A DNA stretch of 63,837 nucleotides, counting the filler, from Lama guanicoe (Eukaryota): the NCBI GenBank assembly GCA_013239625.1. It is 212 parts of 212 records of this genome, joined end to end, with 100 filler letters (N's around TTAATTAATTAA, not from the genome) between each part and the next. Parts side by side here need not be neighbours in the genome. Positions count along the whole stretch, not along the records: positions 49,443 to 49,644 come from PNXV01031170.1; positions 49,745 to 49,946 come from PNXV01031171.1; positions 50,047 to 50,248 come from PNXV01031172.1; positions 50,349 to 50,550 come from PNXV01031173.1; positions 50,651 to 50,852 come from PNXV01031174.1; positions 50,953 to 51,154 come from PNXV01031175.1; positions 51,255 to 51,456 come from PNXV01031176.1; positions 51,557 to 51,758 come from PNXV01031177.1; 204 more parts are not named here. The stretch is one strand, 5' to 3'. Shown here piece after piece: positions 49,343 through 59,294 of the stretch. The translations under genes were made by a program, and so were the position numbers. The stretch's first letter is position 1. Each line of letters opens with the position of its first letter. The notes below the pieces were generated by a model. It searched no databases and had not been told where the DNA came from. It saw only the letters and a list, made by a program, of their open reading frames with translations.

Positions 49343-50995
49343 NNNNNNNNNNNNNNNNNNNNNNNNNNNNNNNNNNNNNNNNNNNNTTAATTAATTAANN
49401 NNNNNNNNNNNNNNNNNNNNNNNNNNNNNNNNNNNNNNNNNNTACGGCTAGAAAGACATACTGTTCCTATGACAGAGCCCTACAGCCATATGAGGAGCTC
49501 CTCTGCCTTGAGATAATTTATTCTACGGACGGCTGCTATGGCTTCTAGCTACTCAATCCACCAATGTATTTAAAGCAAATAGCATCCCTACATACGCAAG
49601 CCCTTCAGCATTTAGGTATAAAATGTATATAACTTCTGGGTAACNNNNNNNNNNNNNNNNNNNNNNNNNNNNNNNNNNNNNNNNNNNNTTAATTAATTAA
49701 NNNNNNNNNNNNNNNNNNNNNNNNNNNNNNNNNNNNNNNNNNNNAAGTATGTTTCCTGGGTCGGTTTGATGTTCAAGCAGTTTTCACTGAAAACCCGAGT
49801 AGGAGCTTGTACATCCCCATATATATGTATGAATTGTACTTACCTAATGAAAAGAAACTTCGTGTTCCCAACATGCTATTTGAAGGACGTCATTCAAACA
49901 CAATTTTCTCTCATATCTTAGTATGTTTAGAGACTTTCATTCTTCTNNNNNNNNNNNNNNNNNNNNNNNNNNNNNNNNNNNNNNNNNNNNTTAATTAATT
50001 AANNNNNNNNNNNNNNNNNNNNNNNNNNNNNNNNNNNNNNNNNNNNATTGTTCCTGTTCCACGGAGTCCTCGGTGAGAAGGACACAGGTTTCGGGGTGGA
50101 GAGGTGGGAGTGAAGACAAATTGAGGGAGAGTGGGAGGGTATTTCCAGCTCTGTGAAAATACCCCTGGCCAGGACCCAAAGCCTCAGGGCCTCGAATTCC
50201 AGACAGGCAGCAACTCAGTGTCAGCTGGAGCCCACCACCAACTCAGTGNNNNNNNNNNNNNNNNNNNNNNNNNNNNNNNNNNNNNNNNNNNNTTAATTAA
50301 TTAANNNNNNNNNNNNNNNNNNNNNNNNNNNNNNNNNNNNNNNNNNNNCCTCTGTCTTGAGTTTCCTGCTGATGTTACCACTCTCTTTGTTTCTAGGGGA
50401 GGAAAGCAAGTCTAAACTTACTTTCTAGTTGGAAATGGAATGGAGAGTTAACGTTGGAAGCTGGGAGAGATTTTCCTGTGATGAAGTGGTCTCCGAGCCA
50501 ATTCCACTGGGATGTCATGTCACTGTCTGGGCCCCTTGCTCAGCCTGTGCNNNNNNNNNNNNNNNNNNNNNNNNNNNNNNNNNNNNNNNNNNNNTTAATT
50601 AATTAANNNNNNNNNNNNNNNNNNNNNNNNNNNNNNNNNNNNNNNNNNNNGTGTGCTCAGCTCAGGGCCCAGGGTGTCTTCCCTGCAAGAGGCCCTGGGA
50701 ACAGGGATGGACTCCCTCTCCGGGTGCCCAGCCCAGCACGAGGCTGGCCCTCTGGCGCTGAGTGCCTCACCAATGACAGAACAGGTGGGCAAATCCATCA
50801 TGCCCCATGTCTCTGAGCACTGACTGCATGCCCAGGATGGTTCTCATGCTGCNNNNNNNNNNNNNNNNNNNNNNNNNNNNNNNNNNNNNNNNNNNNTTAA
50901 TTAATTAANNNNNNNNNNNNNNNNNNNNNNNNNNNNNNNNNNNNNNNNNNNNATTCCTAGCACTTACAGTCTGTTTCTTGGCATGATACAGACAG

Positions 50996-51154
50996 GCCAT
51001 GTAGAGCAAAGAAGCAGAGTGTGTGACGATTCTGCTAAAATGTGCTGACCCAAACCTCATGGACGTCCATGGCAACGCCACTCTCCACTACACTGCCTTA
51101 CCTGCAAATATTACATTTGCAGCAAAGCTGCTTTCCTACAATGCCAATATTGAA
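50996..51154 (+). pseudogene. ANKRD26-family ankyrin-repeat exon with a premature stop
   Basis: Acceptor ...atacagacag| then AM*SKEAECVTILLKCADPNLMDVHGNATLHYTALPANITFAAKLLSYNANIE, which aligns with ANKRD26-type [35 protein letters not shown]...KLLLYDANIE. TAG at 51002-51004. Confidence 0.85.
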
Positions 51155-51255
51155 NNNNNNNNNNNNNNNNNNNNNNNNNNNNNNNNNNNNNNNNNNNNTT
51201 AATTAATTAANNNNNNNNNNNNNNNNNNNNNNNNNNNNNNNNNNNNNNNNNNNNG

Positions 51256-51456
51256 TCTTACACGTACATTATCATTACAATCTTTAGAATTCCCTCTGTC
51301 CAGTGATGGCAGAAAGCTTTCTCCACCTGTGTGTCGCACAGTAAAGTGGTAACACTTTACTATGGAAGCTCCATCTTCATCTACGTCTGTCCAAAAAAGG
51401 GCAATGTGATGAATGTTAACAAATTTGCCACAGTACTAAATACCATTGTAACACCA
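51256..51456 (+). pseudogene. Olfactory receptor pseudogene fragment (TM5-TM7, class II, OR6-like)
   Basis: [48 protein letters not shown]...NKFATVLNTIVTP carries the SY and KAFSTCxSH motifs. TGA at 51304-51306. Confidence 0.92.
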
Positions 51457-52764
51457 NNNNNNNNNNNNNNNNNNNNNNNNNNNNNNNNNNNNNNNNNNNN
51501 TTAATTAATTAANNNNNNNNNNNNNNNNNNNNNNNNNNNNNNNNNNNNNNNNNNNNATGGTGGCAGTTCTTCAAATGCAGAATTGGCCACTTTCAACAAT
51601 TCTGCGTGGTTCAGGGTAGAAAAACCCTGAAGCTGGTGATGAGAGGCTTAGTCATTCAACAACAGCTACCTTCCTGTCTATACTCCCGGACAGAGACCTC
51701 TAATGTGCATGGGGCGGTTGCAGAAATTATCTCCTGCAGGTTCTCCTTTGAAACCCCCNNNNNNNNNNNNNNNNNNNNNNNNNNNNNNNNNNNNNNNNNN
51801 NNTTAATTAATTAANNNNNNNNNNNNNNNNNNNNNNNNNNNNNNNNNNNNNNNNNNNNCTGAGGAAAACCTGGGTTGGGTGCGCCTAAAAAGCTCAATTA
51901 AAAAAAAATTTAGGCTTTCCAATCTCAGCATTAGCATTAAAATGACTAACCTATGGTTAAAAATAAGCATTAGCCAAGTAATTACTTGATACCAGCTAAA
52001 TGTGGGGAAATTTGATAGAAGTTTTGTGTGGTCAGTGAGTTTTATTTGGTGAATGAGGTANNNNNNNNNNNNNNNNNNNNNNNNNNNNNNNNNNNNNNNN
52101 NNNNTTAATTAATTAANNNNNNNNNNNNNNNNNNNNNNNNNNNNNNNNNNNNNNNNNNNNGACCAGCGACACCCCCAGCGTCCTCCAGAACTTGCCCCCT
52201 CGCTCACCCAGTGCTCACACTGTTCCTGTTTTCTGAGTTGAGCTCAGTCTCTCAAAGTCTGTAAGTCATTCCCTGCCTGTTTAATTCTGTGTGGCGCAGT
52301 TTTTCTTTGACAGAAGGAGCTGTTTTGTGTAGATGAGGAGACAGAGTTGAAGGGCTAGGATGNNNNNNNNNNNNNNNNNNNNNNNNNNNNNNNNNNNNNN
52401 NNNNNNTTAATTAATTAANNNNNNNNNNNNNNNNNNNNNNNNNNNNNNNNNNNNNNNNNNNNTAGTTTGCTGTGTGTCTTGAGACAATCACCTAACCTGC
52501 TATACCTTGGGCTCCCCTACCCCCATTTAAACGCCTGGTTTATGAAAAACAAAGGTGGGCATAGAGCTTCTGCCAACCCTGACCACTGAGGAATGAGAAA
52601 ACTGGCCACTCGAAGACGAAATTATTCAGGACAGAAAGTGAGGCCGAGTCTGCTAGTTGTTCTCNNNNNNNNNNNNNNNNNNNNNNNNNNNNNNNNNNNN
52701 NNNNNNNNTTAATTAATTAANNNNNNNNNNNNNNNNNNNNNNNNNNNNNNNNNNNNNNNNNNNN

Positions 52765-52966
52765 CGGCCGCGGGCGCCGGCGCGGGGGCTCCGGGCGCGG
52801 CGGGCGGGAGGGGTGAGCGCAGAGCCCGGGGGCCGGGGGTGCGTGCCCCGCGCCCGCCCGCCTTGGTGCCGCCGCCGCTTCCCCGCAGGCTCGCCCCGAA
52901 CGCGCGGGGTCGCGACCCTCGGCGGCGGCGGCGTCAGGGCTGCGGGGCCGCCGGTGCGGCACATCT
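52765..52966. promoter_or_regulatory. CpG-island fragment, gene not identified
   Basis: Extreme GC and CpG density with (GCC)n runs. Confidence 0.8.
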
Positions 52967-53368
52967 NNNNNNNNNNNNNNNNNNNNNNNNNNNNNNNNNN
53001 NNNNNNNNNNTTAATTAATTAANNNNNNNNNNNNNNNNNNNNNNNNNNNNNNNNNNNNNNNNNNNNTTGACCACGTTATTTATAATACAAGGCAAGATAG
53101 AGATTTGGGGAGACTATTATTCAGAGAATTAGCCAAAAATTGGCATATATAAAATGAATGGCTAACTGAATTCATGACTCTTTCTTGCACAATAATTACA
53201 TTAGCAAAACAAAGATGGGGAGCCTATGCCTTAGAACTAACTATGAAATATATATAGTTTTAGTATGTNNNNNNNNNNNNNNNNNNNNNNNNNNNNNNNN
53301 NNNNNNNNNNNNTTAATTAATTAANNNNNNNNNNNNNNNNNNNNNNNNNNNNNNNNNNNNNNNNNNNN

Positions 53369-53520
53369 CACAACATTGTAAATCAACTATACTTCGATTT
53401 AAAAAAAAAAGAAAAGAAAAGAAAAAAAGAAAAGAAGAAAAGAGGAAAGGAAAAAAGAAAATAAAAGAAGGAAAAAGAAAAGGAAAGAGAAGAAAAGAAA
53501 ATGGAATAAAAAAGAAATTA
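53369..53520 (+). mobile_element. LINE-1 3' terminus with an expanded A/GA-rich tail
   Basis: CACAACATTGTAAATCAACTATACTTCGATTTAAAAAAAAAA followed by (GAAAA)n. Confidence 0.85.
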
Positions 53521-53972
53521 GTATCCAACATAAGACATAGCATCTCTCCACATTAGCTCCTGGCTGAGCTNNNNNNNNNNNNNNNNNNNNNNNNNNNNNN
53601 NNNNNNNNNNNNNNTTAATTAATTAANNNNNNNNNNNNNNNNNNNNNNNNNNNNNNNNNNNNNNNNNNNNCCATTCATCCATCCATTCACCAAGTCCTGA
53701 TGGTGTCTGCCCCCTCCAGGCACTCGGCTGGGTGCTGAGAGGATCGGTCTCAACCTGTAATGGCAGGGACCGGGTCAGGACCATGGACACATCCTGCCGC
53801 GGCTGCTCCCAAGGGAAACCTACAGGGTGCTGTGCACAGGCAGGACCGGGAACCGAGCGACAGAGGGGAGACNNNNNNNNNNNNNNNNNNNNNNNNNNNN
53901 NNNNNNNNNNNNNNNNTTAATTAATTAANNNNNNNNNNNNNNNNNNNNNNNNNNNNNNNNNNNNNNNNNNNN

Positions 53973-54165
53973 GTGTATGGCATGAGGGAGTATTCTAACT
54001 TCATTGATTTAAATGCAGCTGTCCAGATTTCCCAACACCATTTGGTGAAGAGACTCTCTTTACGCCATTGTATGTTCTTGCCTCCTTTGTCTAAGGTTAA
54101 TTGACCAAACCTTTGTGGGTTTATTCCTGGGCTCTCTATTCTATTCCATTGATCCATATGTCTGT
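53973..54165 (-). mobile_element. LINE-1 ORF2 fragment, frame open
   Basis: [60 protein letters not shown]. Confidence 0.93.
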
Positions 54166-54274
54166 TTTTTTTTANNNNNNNNNNNNNNNNNNNNNNNNNN
54201 NNNNNNNNNNNNNNNNNNTTAATTAATTAANNNNNNNNNNNNNNNNNNNNNNNNNNNNNNNNNNNNNNNNNNNN

Positions 54275-54476
54275 TTACCTCCCTCTTAACTGCCTAAAAG
54301 AACTTCAAAAGGGGCCCTGTACCGCGAAGAGAGCTACTACCAGGGGTAACTTCTTTATCGGAGAGATACGTGCATGGCAGGGCAAACATCTGTTTACCAA
54401 ACATCTGCTTCCCTGATGGTCCTATGAACTGACCCCTCTTCTTTGAAGTCCAAGACCTCTACCCTTTTCCTTAGCT
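54275..54476 (+). mobile_element. Probable ERV1 LTR fragment
   Basis: CCCTCTTAACTGCCTAAAAGAA...GGCAAACATCTGTTTACCAAACATCTGCTT resembles MER34-like LTRs. Confidence 0.4.
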
Positions 54477-55249
54477 NNNNNNNNNNNNNNNNNNNNNNNN
54501 NNNNNNNNNNNNNNNNNNNNTTAATTAATTAANNNNNNNNNNNNNNNNNNNNNNNNNNNNNNNNNNNNNNNNNNNNGCATTAAAAGCTAAAGCAAAGCCA
54601 AAGTCCTGGAGAGGTTTTATCAGAGTCATATTTATTGTCTGAGTTTCAGTTTTATTACAGCTGCCTGAAATATCTTAAGTTTTTCCGGATTTTTAAATGC
54701 CAGAGTAATATCTGTGAATTGCAACACTTTCACAATGTAATACTTGTTAAAATCAAAAGGAATTAAAATTACAATGGCNNNNNNNNNNNNNNNNNNNNNN
54801 NNNNNNNNNNNNNNNNNNNNNNTTAATTAATTAANNNNNNNNNNNNNNNNNNNNNNNNNNNNNNNNNNNNNNNNNNNNTACTTCTATTTTGGGTAAGGCA
54901 TGTAAAATATTTTCACTCCCGAATCACGTGTGGTTTTATTATTGGCAATGGGACAAGTGTAATTAAAGGCATGTGATTAGAACTGAGGCCAAACCTTGAG
55001 TAGAAACAATAGTGTTTTGAGCAGACATGGCTTCTCTCTAAAACAAACCAGGCTCCGGTGAGGCAGAAAAGAGCCAAGCGNNNNNNNNNNNNNNNNNNNN
55101 NNNNNNNNNNNNNNNNNNNNNNNNTTAATTAATTAANNNNNNNNNNNNNNNNNNNNNNNNNNNNNNNNNNNNNNNNNNNNTAAGTCTGAAATTTTGCATA
55201 AAGAAAGGGTCCTGATGCTAAAACCTGTTAGAAAATCACTGGGCTGATC

Positions 55250-55358
55250 AACTTGGTCATCTCAAATTGACACAACATTGTACACTGACTATACTTCAGT
55301 TATAAAAAAAAATTTTTTTTAATAAAGCAACTCAAAAAAAAAAAAATCGGTCATCTCA
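55250..55358 (+). mobile_element. Ultra-short 5'-truncated L1 insertion with poly(A) and TSD
   Basis: AATTGACACAACATTGTACACTGACTATACTTCAG plus an A tail, flanked by AACTTGGTCATCTCA (55250-55264) and AAATCGGTCATCTCA (55344-55358). Confidence 0.8.
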
Positions 55359-55784
55359 CAGATGAGAAAGCTGGTTGCTTGGNNNNNNNNNNNNNNNNNN
55401 NNNNNNNNNNNNNNNNNNNNNNNNNNTTAATTAATTAANNNNNNNNNNNNNNNNNNNNNNNNNNNNNNNNNNNNNNNNNNNNCCAAAGCTTCTGTCACTC
55501 TATTATTCTGACTTACTTCATGCTGGGCTTATAGTGTATAAATAATCAATGACCCTGCATTTATCTTTATTTTTATCTAATTATGTTCAACATGGTGGAA
55601 ATATTCACTATTGAAGGAAGTTATGAATAGATGTGGGATTTCAAAATCACTAAACGCCACTTCACTTTCAAAATTTGGAAAGACNNNNNNNNNNNNNNNN
55701 NNNNNNNNNNNNNNNNNNNNNNNNNNNNTTAATTAATTAANNNNNNNNNNNNNNNNNNNNNNNNNNNNNNNNNNNNNNNNNNNN

Positions 55785-55950
55785 TCAGTGGTAGAGCGCA
55801 GGCTTAGCATGCATAGGTCCTGGGTTCAACCTCCATAAATAAATAAATAAACAAACAAACAAACAAACAAACAAACAAACAAAAAAATTGCAATACCCAC
55901 ACACACCCCCAACATAAAAAACAAAAAGAAAAGAAACAATAAAAAAAAAA
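55785..55950 (+). mobile_element. tRNA-Ala-derived SINE (Vic-1 type) with a (TAAA)n(CAAA)n expansion
   Basis: TCAGTGGTAGAGCGCAGGCTTAGCATGCATAGGTCCTGGGTTCAA; retains the AGC-anticodon-like loop CTTAGCAT. Confidence 0.8.
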
Positions 55951-56388
55951 CAGAGTTAGAAGGTAAAATGGGAAACAGGAAGGAAGNNNNNNNNNNNNNN
56001 NNNNNNNNNNNNNNNNNNNNNNNNNNNNNNTTAATTAATTAANNNNNNNNNNNNNNNNNNNNNNNNNNNNNNNNNNNNNNNNNNNNGGCCACCTAGGAGC
56101 TGTGCGAACCTGGCAGGTCATTTCCCCTCCTTTATAAAACAGAAACGATAATCACCAGTAGGTGAGAACCAAGCTGGCTGGTTTGGTTCAGCACTTGACT
56201 CACGAAGCCAGCTGGAGCAATGTCAGTGATTAGTACTTTCAAACCTTTCACAGCTTTCTGTAAAGGGAAGAACGAGCTCTTCAACAAANNNNNNNNNNNN
56301 NNNNNNNNNNNNNNNNNNNNNNNNNNNNNNNNTTAATTAATTAANNNNNNNNNNNNNNNNNNNNNNNNNNNNNNNNNNNNNNNNNNNN

Positions 56389-56551
56389 GGTGATTCCAGC
56401 CTTTGAGATGACTTAGCTGATGCTAAGTGGGAGAGAATGACTCCTTACAGATTCTGACCCAAACTACGGATGTGTAGGAAAAATACATGCTGCTGCTGTT
56501 TTAAGCCACAAAATTTGGGGGTAGGTTGTTATACAATAGACAACTAGAACA
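56389..56551 (+). mobile_element. MLT1 LTR 3' end
   Basis: TGTTTTAAGCCACAAAATTTGGGGGTAGGTTGTTATACAATAGACAACTAGAACA. Confidence 0.75.
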
Positions 56552-56690
56552 GTAATTAAATGCACTGCTATTAAGTTTAGAGTCAAAAAANNNNNNNNNN
56601 NNNNNNNNNNNNNNNNNNNNNNNNNNNNNNNNNNTTAATTAATTAANNNNNNNNNNNNNNNNNNNNNNNNNNNNNNNNNNNNNNNNNNNN

Positions 56691-56885
56691 ATAAAGCCAT
56701 TTACTGAATACACAGCTATCGTGCTAAGGGCCTTGTATAGTGTCTCAGTGAGTCTGCATAACGACTCTGTGAGACAAGTGTTGTTACTTCGGTTTTACAG
56801 TTGAAGAAGCTAAGTCTTGTGGGTTAAGTAACTTGCCACACAACACGTGGCAAAGCAAAAGTTTGAACACAGACCTCTCTGCGTA
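56691..56885 (-). mobile_element. MIR SINE
   Basis: GTTTTACAGTTGAAGAAGCTAAG...GGGTTAAGTAACTTGCC...TTTGAACACAG. Confidence 0.7.
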
Positions 56886-57039
56886 CAGAATTNNNNNNNN
56901 NNNNNNNNNNNNNNNNNNNNNNNNNNNNNNNNNNNNTTAATTAATTAANNNNNNNNNNNNNNNNNNNNNNNNNNNNNNNNNNNNNNNNNNNNGTTGGTTC
57001 ATCCGTCATTCAGTGATTTACTGAACGTGGATCGCGTAC

Positions 57040-57194
57040 TGTGTCATTTCCAGATGGCGGCTGTAACATGTTGCCACAAACTCAGTGGCTTAAAACAAAA
57101 CAACTTTATCATCCTGCAGTTCTGGAGACCAGAAGTCTGAAATGGGTCTCATAGGGCCAAAATGAAGGTTTCAGCTGGGCCACACACTTTCTGG
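57040..57194 (-). mobile_element. MLT1 (MaLR) LTR fragment
   Basis: CCACAAACTCAGTGGCTTAAAACAA...CAGTTCTGGAGACCAGAAGTCTGAAATGGGTCTCA. Confidence 0.82.
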
Positions 57195-58199
57195 NNNNNN
57201 NNNNNNNNNNNNNNNNNNNNNNNNNNNNNNNNNNNNNNTTAATTAATTAANNNNNNNNNNNNNNNNNNNNNNNNNNNNNNNNNNNNNNNNNNNNGGAAGG
57301 TGCACGGTGAAGGTTAAGATCCAGTCCTGGAGCTAGACTGCTCGTGTAAACTCTTTTGGGTTCAAAGAAGGCAGTATGTGGCCTGAGGAGGGACATGGCA
57401 TAGTGAAGGGCCTGGCTTTGGAGTTAGGAGTGATCTTAGCTCCATCCCTTACTAGCTGTGCCACTCAGGGAACTTAATCTTGGTTGTCAGGCATATNNNN
57501 NNNNNNNNNNNNNNNNNNNNNNNNNNNNNNNNNNNNNNNNTTAATTAATTAANNNNNNNNNNNNNNNNNNNNNNNNNNNNNNNNNNNNNNNNNNNNCTAA
57601 AAATTTGCGGAAAATGGTGAAAAAAGGTGAGAAAAGGGCAGGTAGCTTTCTTTTTATGTCCACGTTTTCGGGATCAGCATAACAAAGCAGTTATAACGTT
57701 AACTTTGAGTAAAAACATACTTTGACACAAAATAAGGGCTGCTTTGCAGAGGAGGCTTGCACTCGCAGTGAGTCCAACTTTCATATTTAAAGCTAAAGNN
57801 NNNNNNNNNNNNNNNNNNNNNNNNNNNNNNNNNNNNNNNNNNTTAATTAATTAANNNNNNNNNNNNNNNNNNNNNNNNNNNNNNNNNNNNNNNNNNNNAG
57901 CATGTGGAGAGACGTTCGTCCATCTAGCACAAAGGGAACAGGTTGCAAGAGAAATAGTTACTCTGGTTTCTCAGTCTGTTTCCTAGTGCGAGTTTGAAGT
58001 TCCTGCAGATTTCAGTGTAAAACCGATTTGGACCTTGTATATCCCCATATATTTATATGTAGTGGAGTTTGAAACTGAGGAGAAACTTTGTGTTCCCAAN
58101 NNNNNNNNNNNNNNNNNNNNNNNNNNNNNNNNNNNNNNNNNNNTTAATTAATTAANNNNNNNNNNNNNNNNNNNNNNNNNNNNNNNNNNNNNNNNNNNN

Positions 58200-58401
58200 C
58201 CCCAATTTACATTCTTAACAGTATTGTGCCAGAGGTCCCTTTTGTCTATATCCTCCCCAGTCCTTGGTTTTTCTTGTGTTTCTGGTAATACCCAGTGGCA
58301 CAATTATGAGGTGATATCTCATTTACCTGTTTGCCATTTGGATGTGTTCTCTGGAAAAATGTGTGTTCAGTTCTTCTGCCCATTTTTTAACCAAGTGTTG
58401 T
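58200..58401 (-). mobile_element. LINE-1 ORF2 fragment
   Basis: CCAATTTACATTC...GAGGTGATATCTCATT...GGAAAAATGTGTGTTCAGTTCTTCTGCCCATTTTTTAA. Confidence 0.8.
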
Positions 58402-59277
58402 NNNNNNNNNNNNNNNNNNNNNNNNNNNNNNNNNNNNNNNNNNNNTTAATTAATTAANNNNNNNNNNNNNNNNNNNNNNNNNNNNNNNNNNNNNNNNNNN
58501 NAAGTCAGTTGTCCTAACACACGTCGTCTTAGTTTTCTTTCTGTAAATATTTGTGATAGAAGAAAACGGGTTCCTTAACTCAGAAAGTGAGGCCTTTTTT
58601 GAGATTTGGTAAAAGGCACACTTATTTCCAATGTTCTGGAAAGTCAGTACTATTTTATTTCCTTTTATTCTTTGTCCTCATCCCTGTCTTAAGTGCCTAT
58701 TTANNNNNNNNNNNNNNNNNNNNNNNNNNNNNNNNNNNNNNNNNNNNTTAATTAATTAANNNNNNNNNNNNNNNNNNNNNNNNNNNNNNNNNNNNNNNNN
58801 NNNCTCTCTTCATTTGGAGAGGGAAAGCAGACTCTTTCCCTCGCTACAGGGAAGAGACTGAAGGAAGGAGCTTCTTGTAAAGAATGCTACACTCCATGAG
58901 ACTTCCAGGTCTCTCCTCAGTTTTTAAATTTTATTAGGTAGGTTTTGTGAGGCAACGGTTGGATAGGTTCACTGATGGCACCCTTCAGTAAGCCCTATGA
59001 AAGATNNNNNNNNNNNNNNNNNNNNNNNNNNNNNNNNNNNNNNNNNNNNTTAATTAATTAANNNNNNNNNNNNNNNNNNNNNNNNNNNNNNNNNNNNNNN
59101 NNNNNGGTGAGGGAGCGATGCACGAGGGGAGGGGGGAGAGGGCGGCGGGGTCGGCCTGGAACCCCTGCAGGCCGCAGGAGCGGTCGGGACGTGATTTTAA
59201 GGGGAGGACGAAGCCATGTGGTGGAGGAAGGGGCTCACGGGAACTGATCCTTGCTTTCAAAAGTGCACTCTGGTCCC

Positions 59278-59294
59278 CACGTGGGGGTCACGTG
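59278..59294. promoter_or_regulatory. Double E-box CACGTG-N5-CACGTG (ChoRE consensus)
   Basis: CACGTG GGGGT CACGTG within a CpG-rich fragment (59106-59307). Confidence 0.4.

Noticed and set aside
50953..51456. Apparent linkage of an ankyrin pseudogene and an olfactory receptor pseudogene
   Set aside because: They are separate contigs joined by a linker, so the adjacency is arbitrary.
52713..53022. Three overlapping Pro/Arg/Gly-rich ORFs
   Set aside because: Expected from stop-codon scarcity in very GC-rich DNA; no recognisable protein.
53313..53543. Phe/Leu-rich membrane-protein-like ORF
   Set aside because: It is the antisense translation of an A/GA-rich L1 tail.
55785..55835. Functional tRNA-Ala(AGC) gene
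   Set aside because: Truncated at the contig edge, T-arm/acceptor region deleted, and followed by an A-rich SINE tail. It is a SINE; the same applies to 17459 and 28913.
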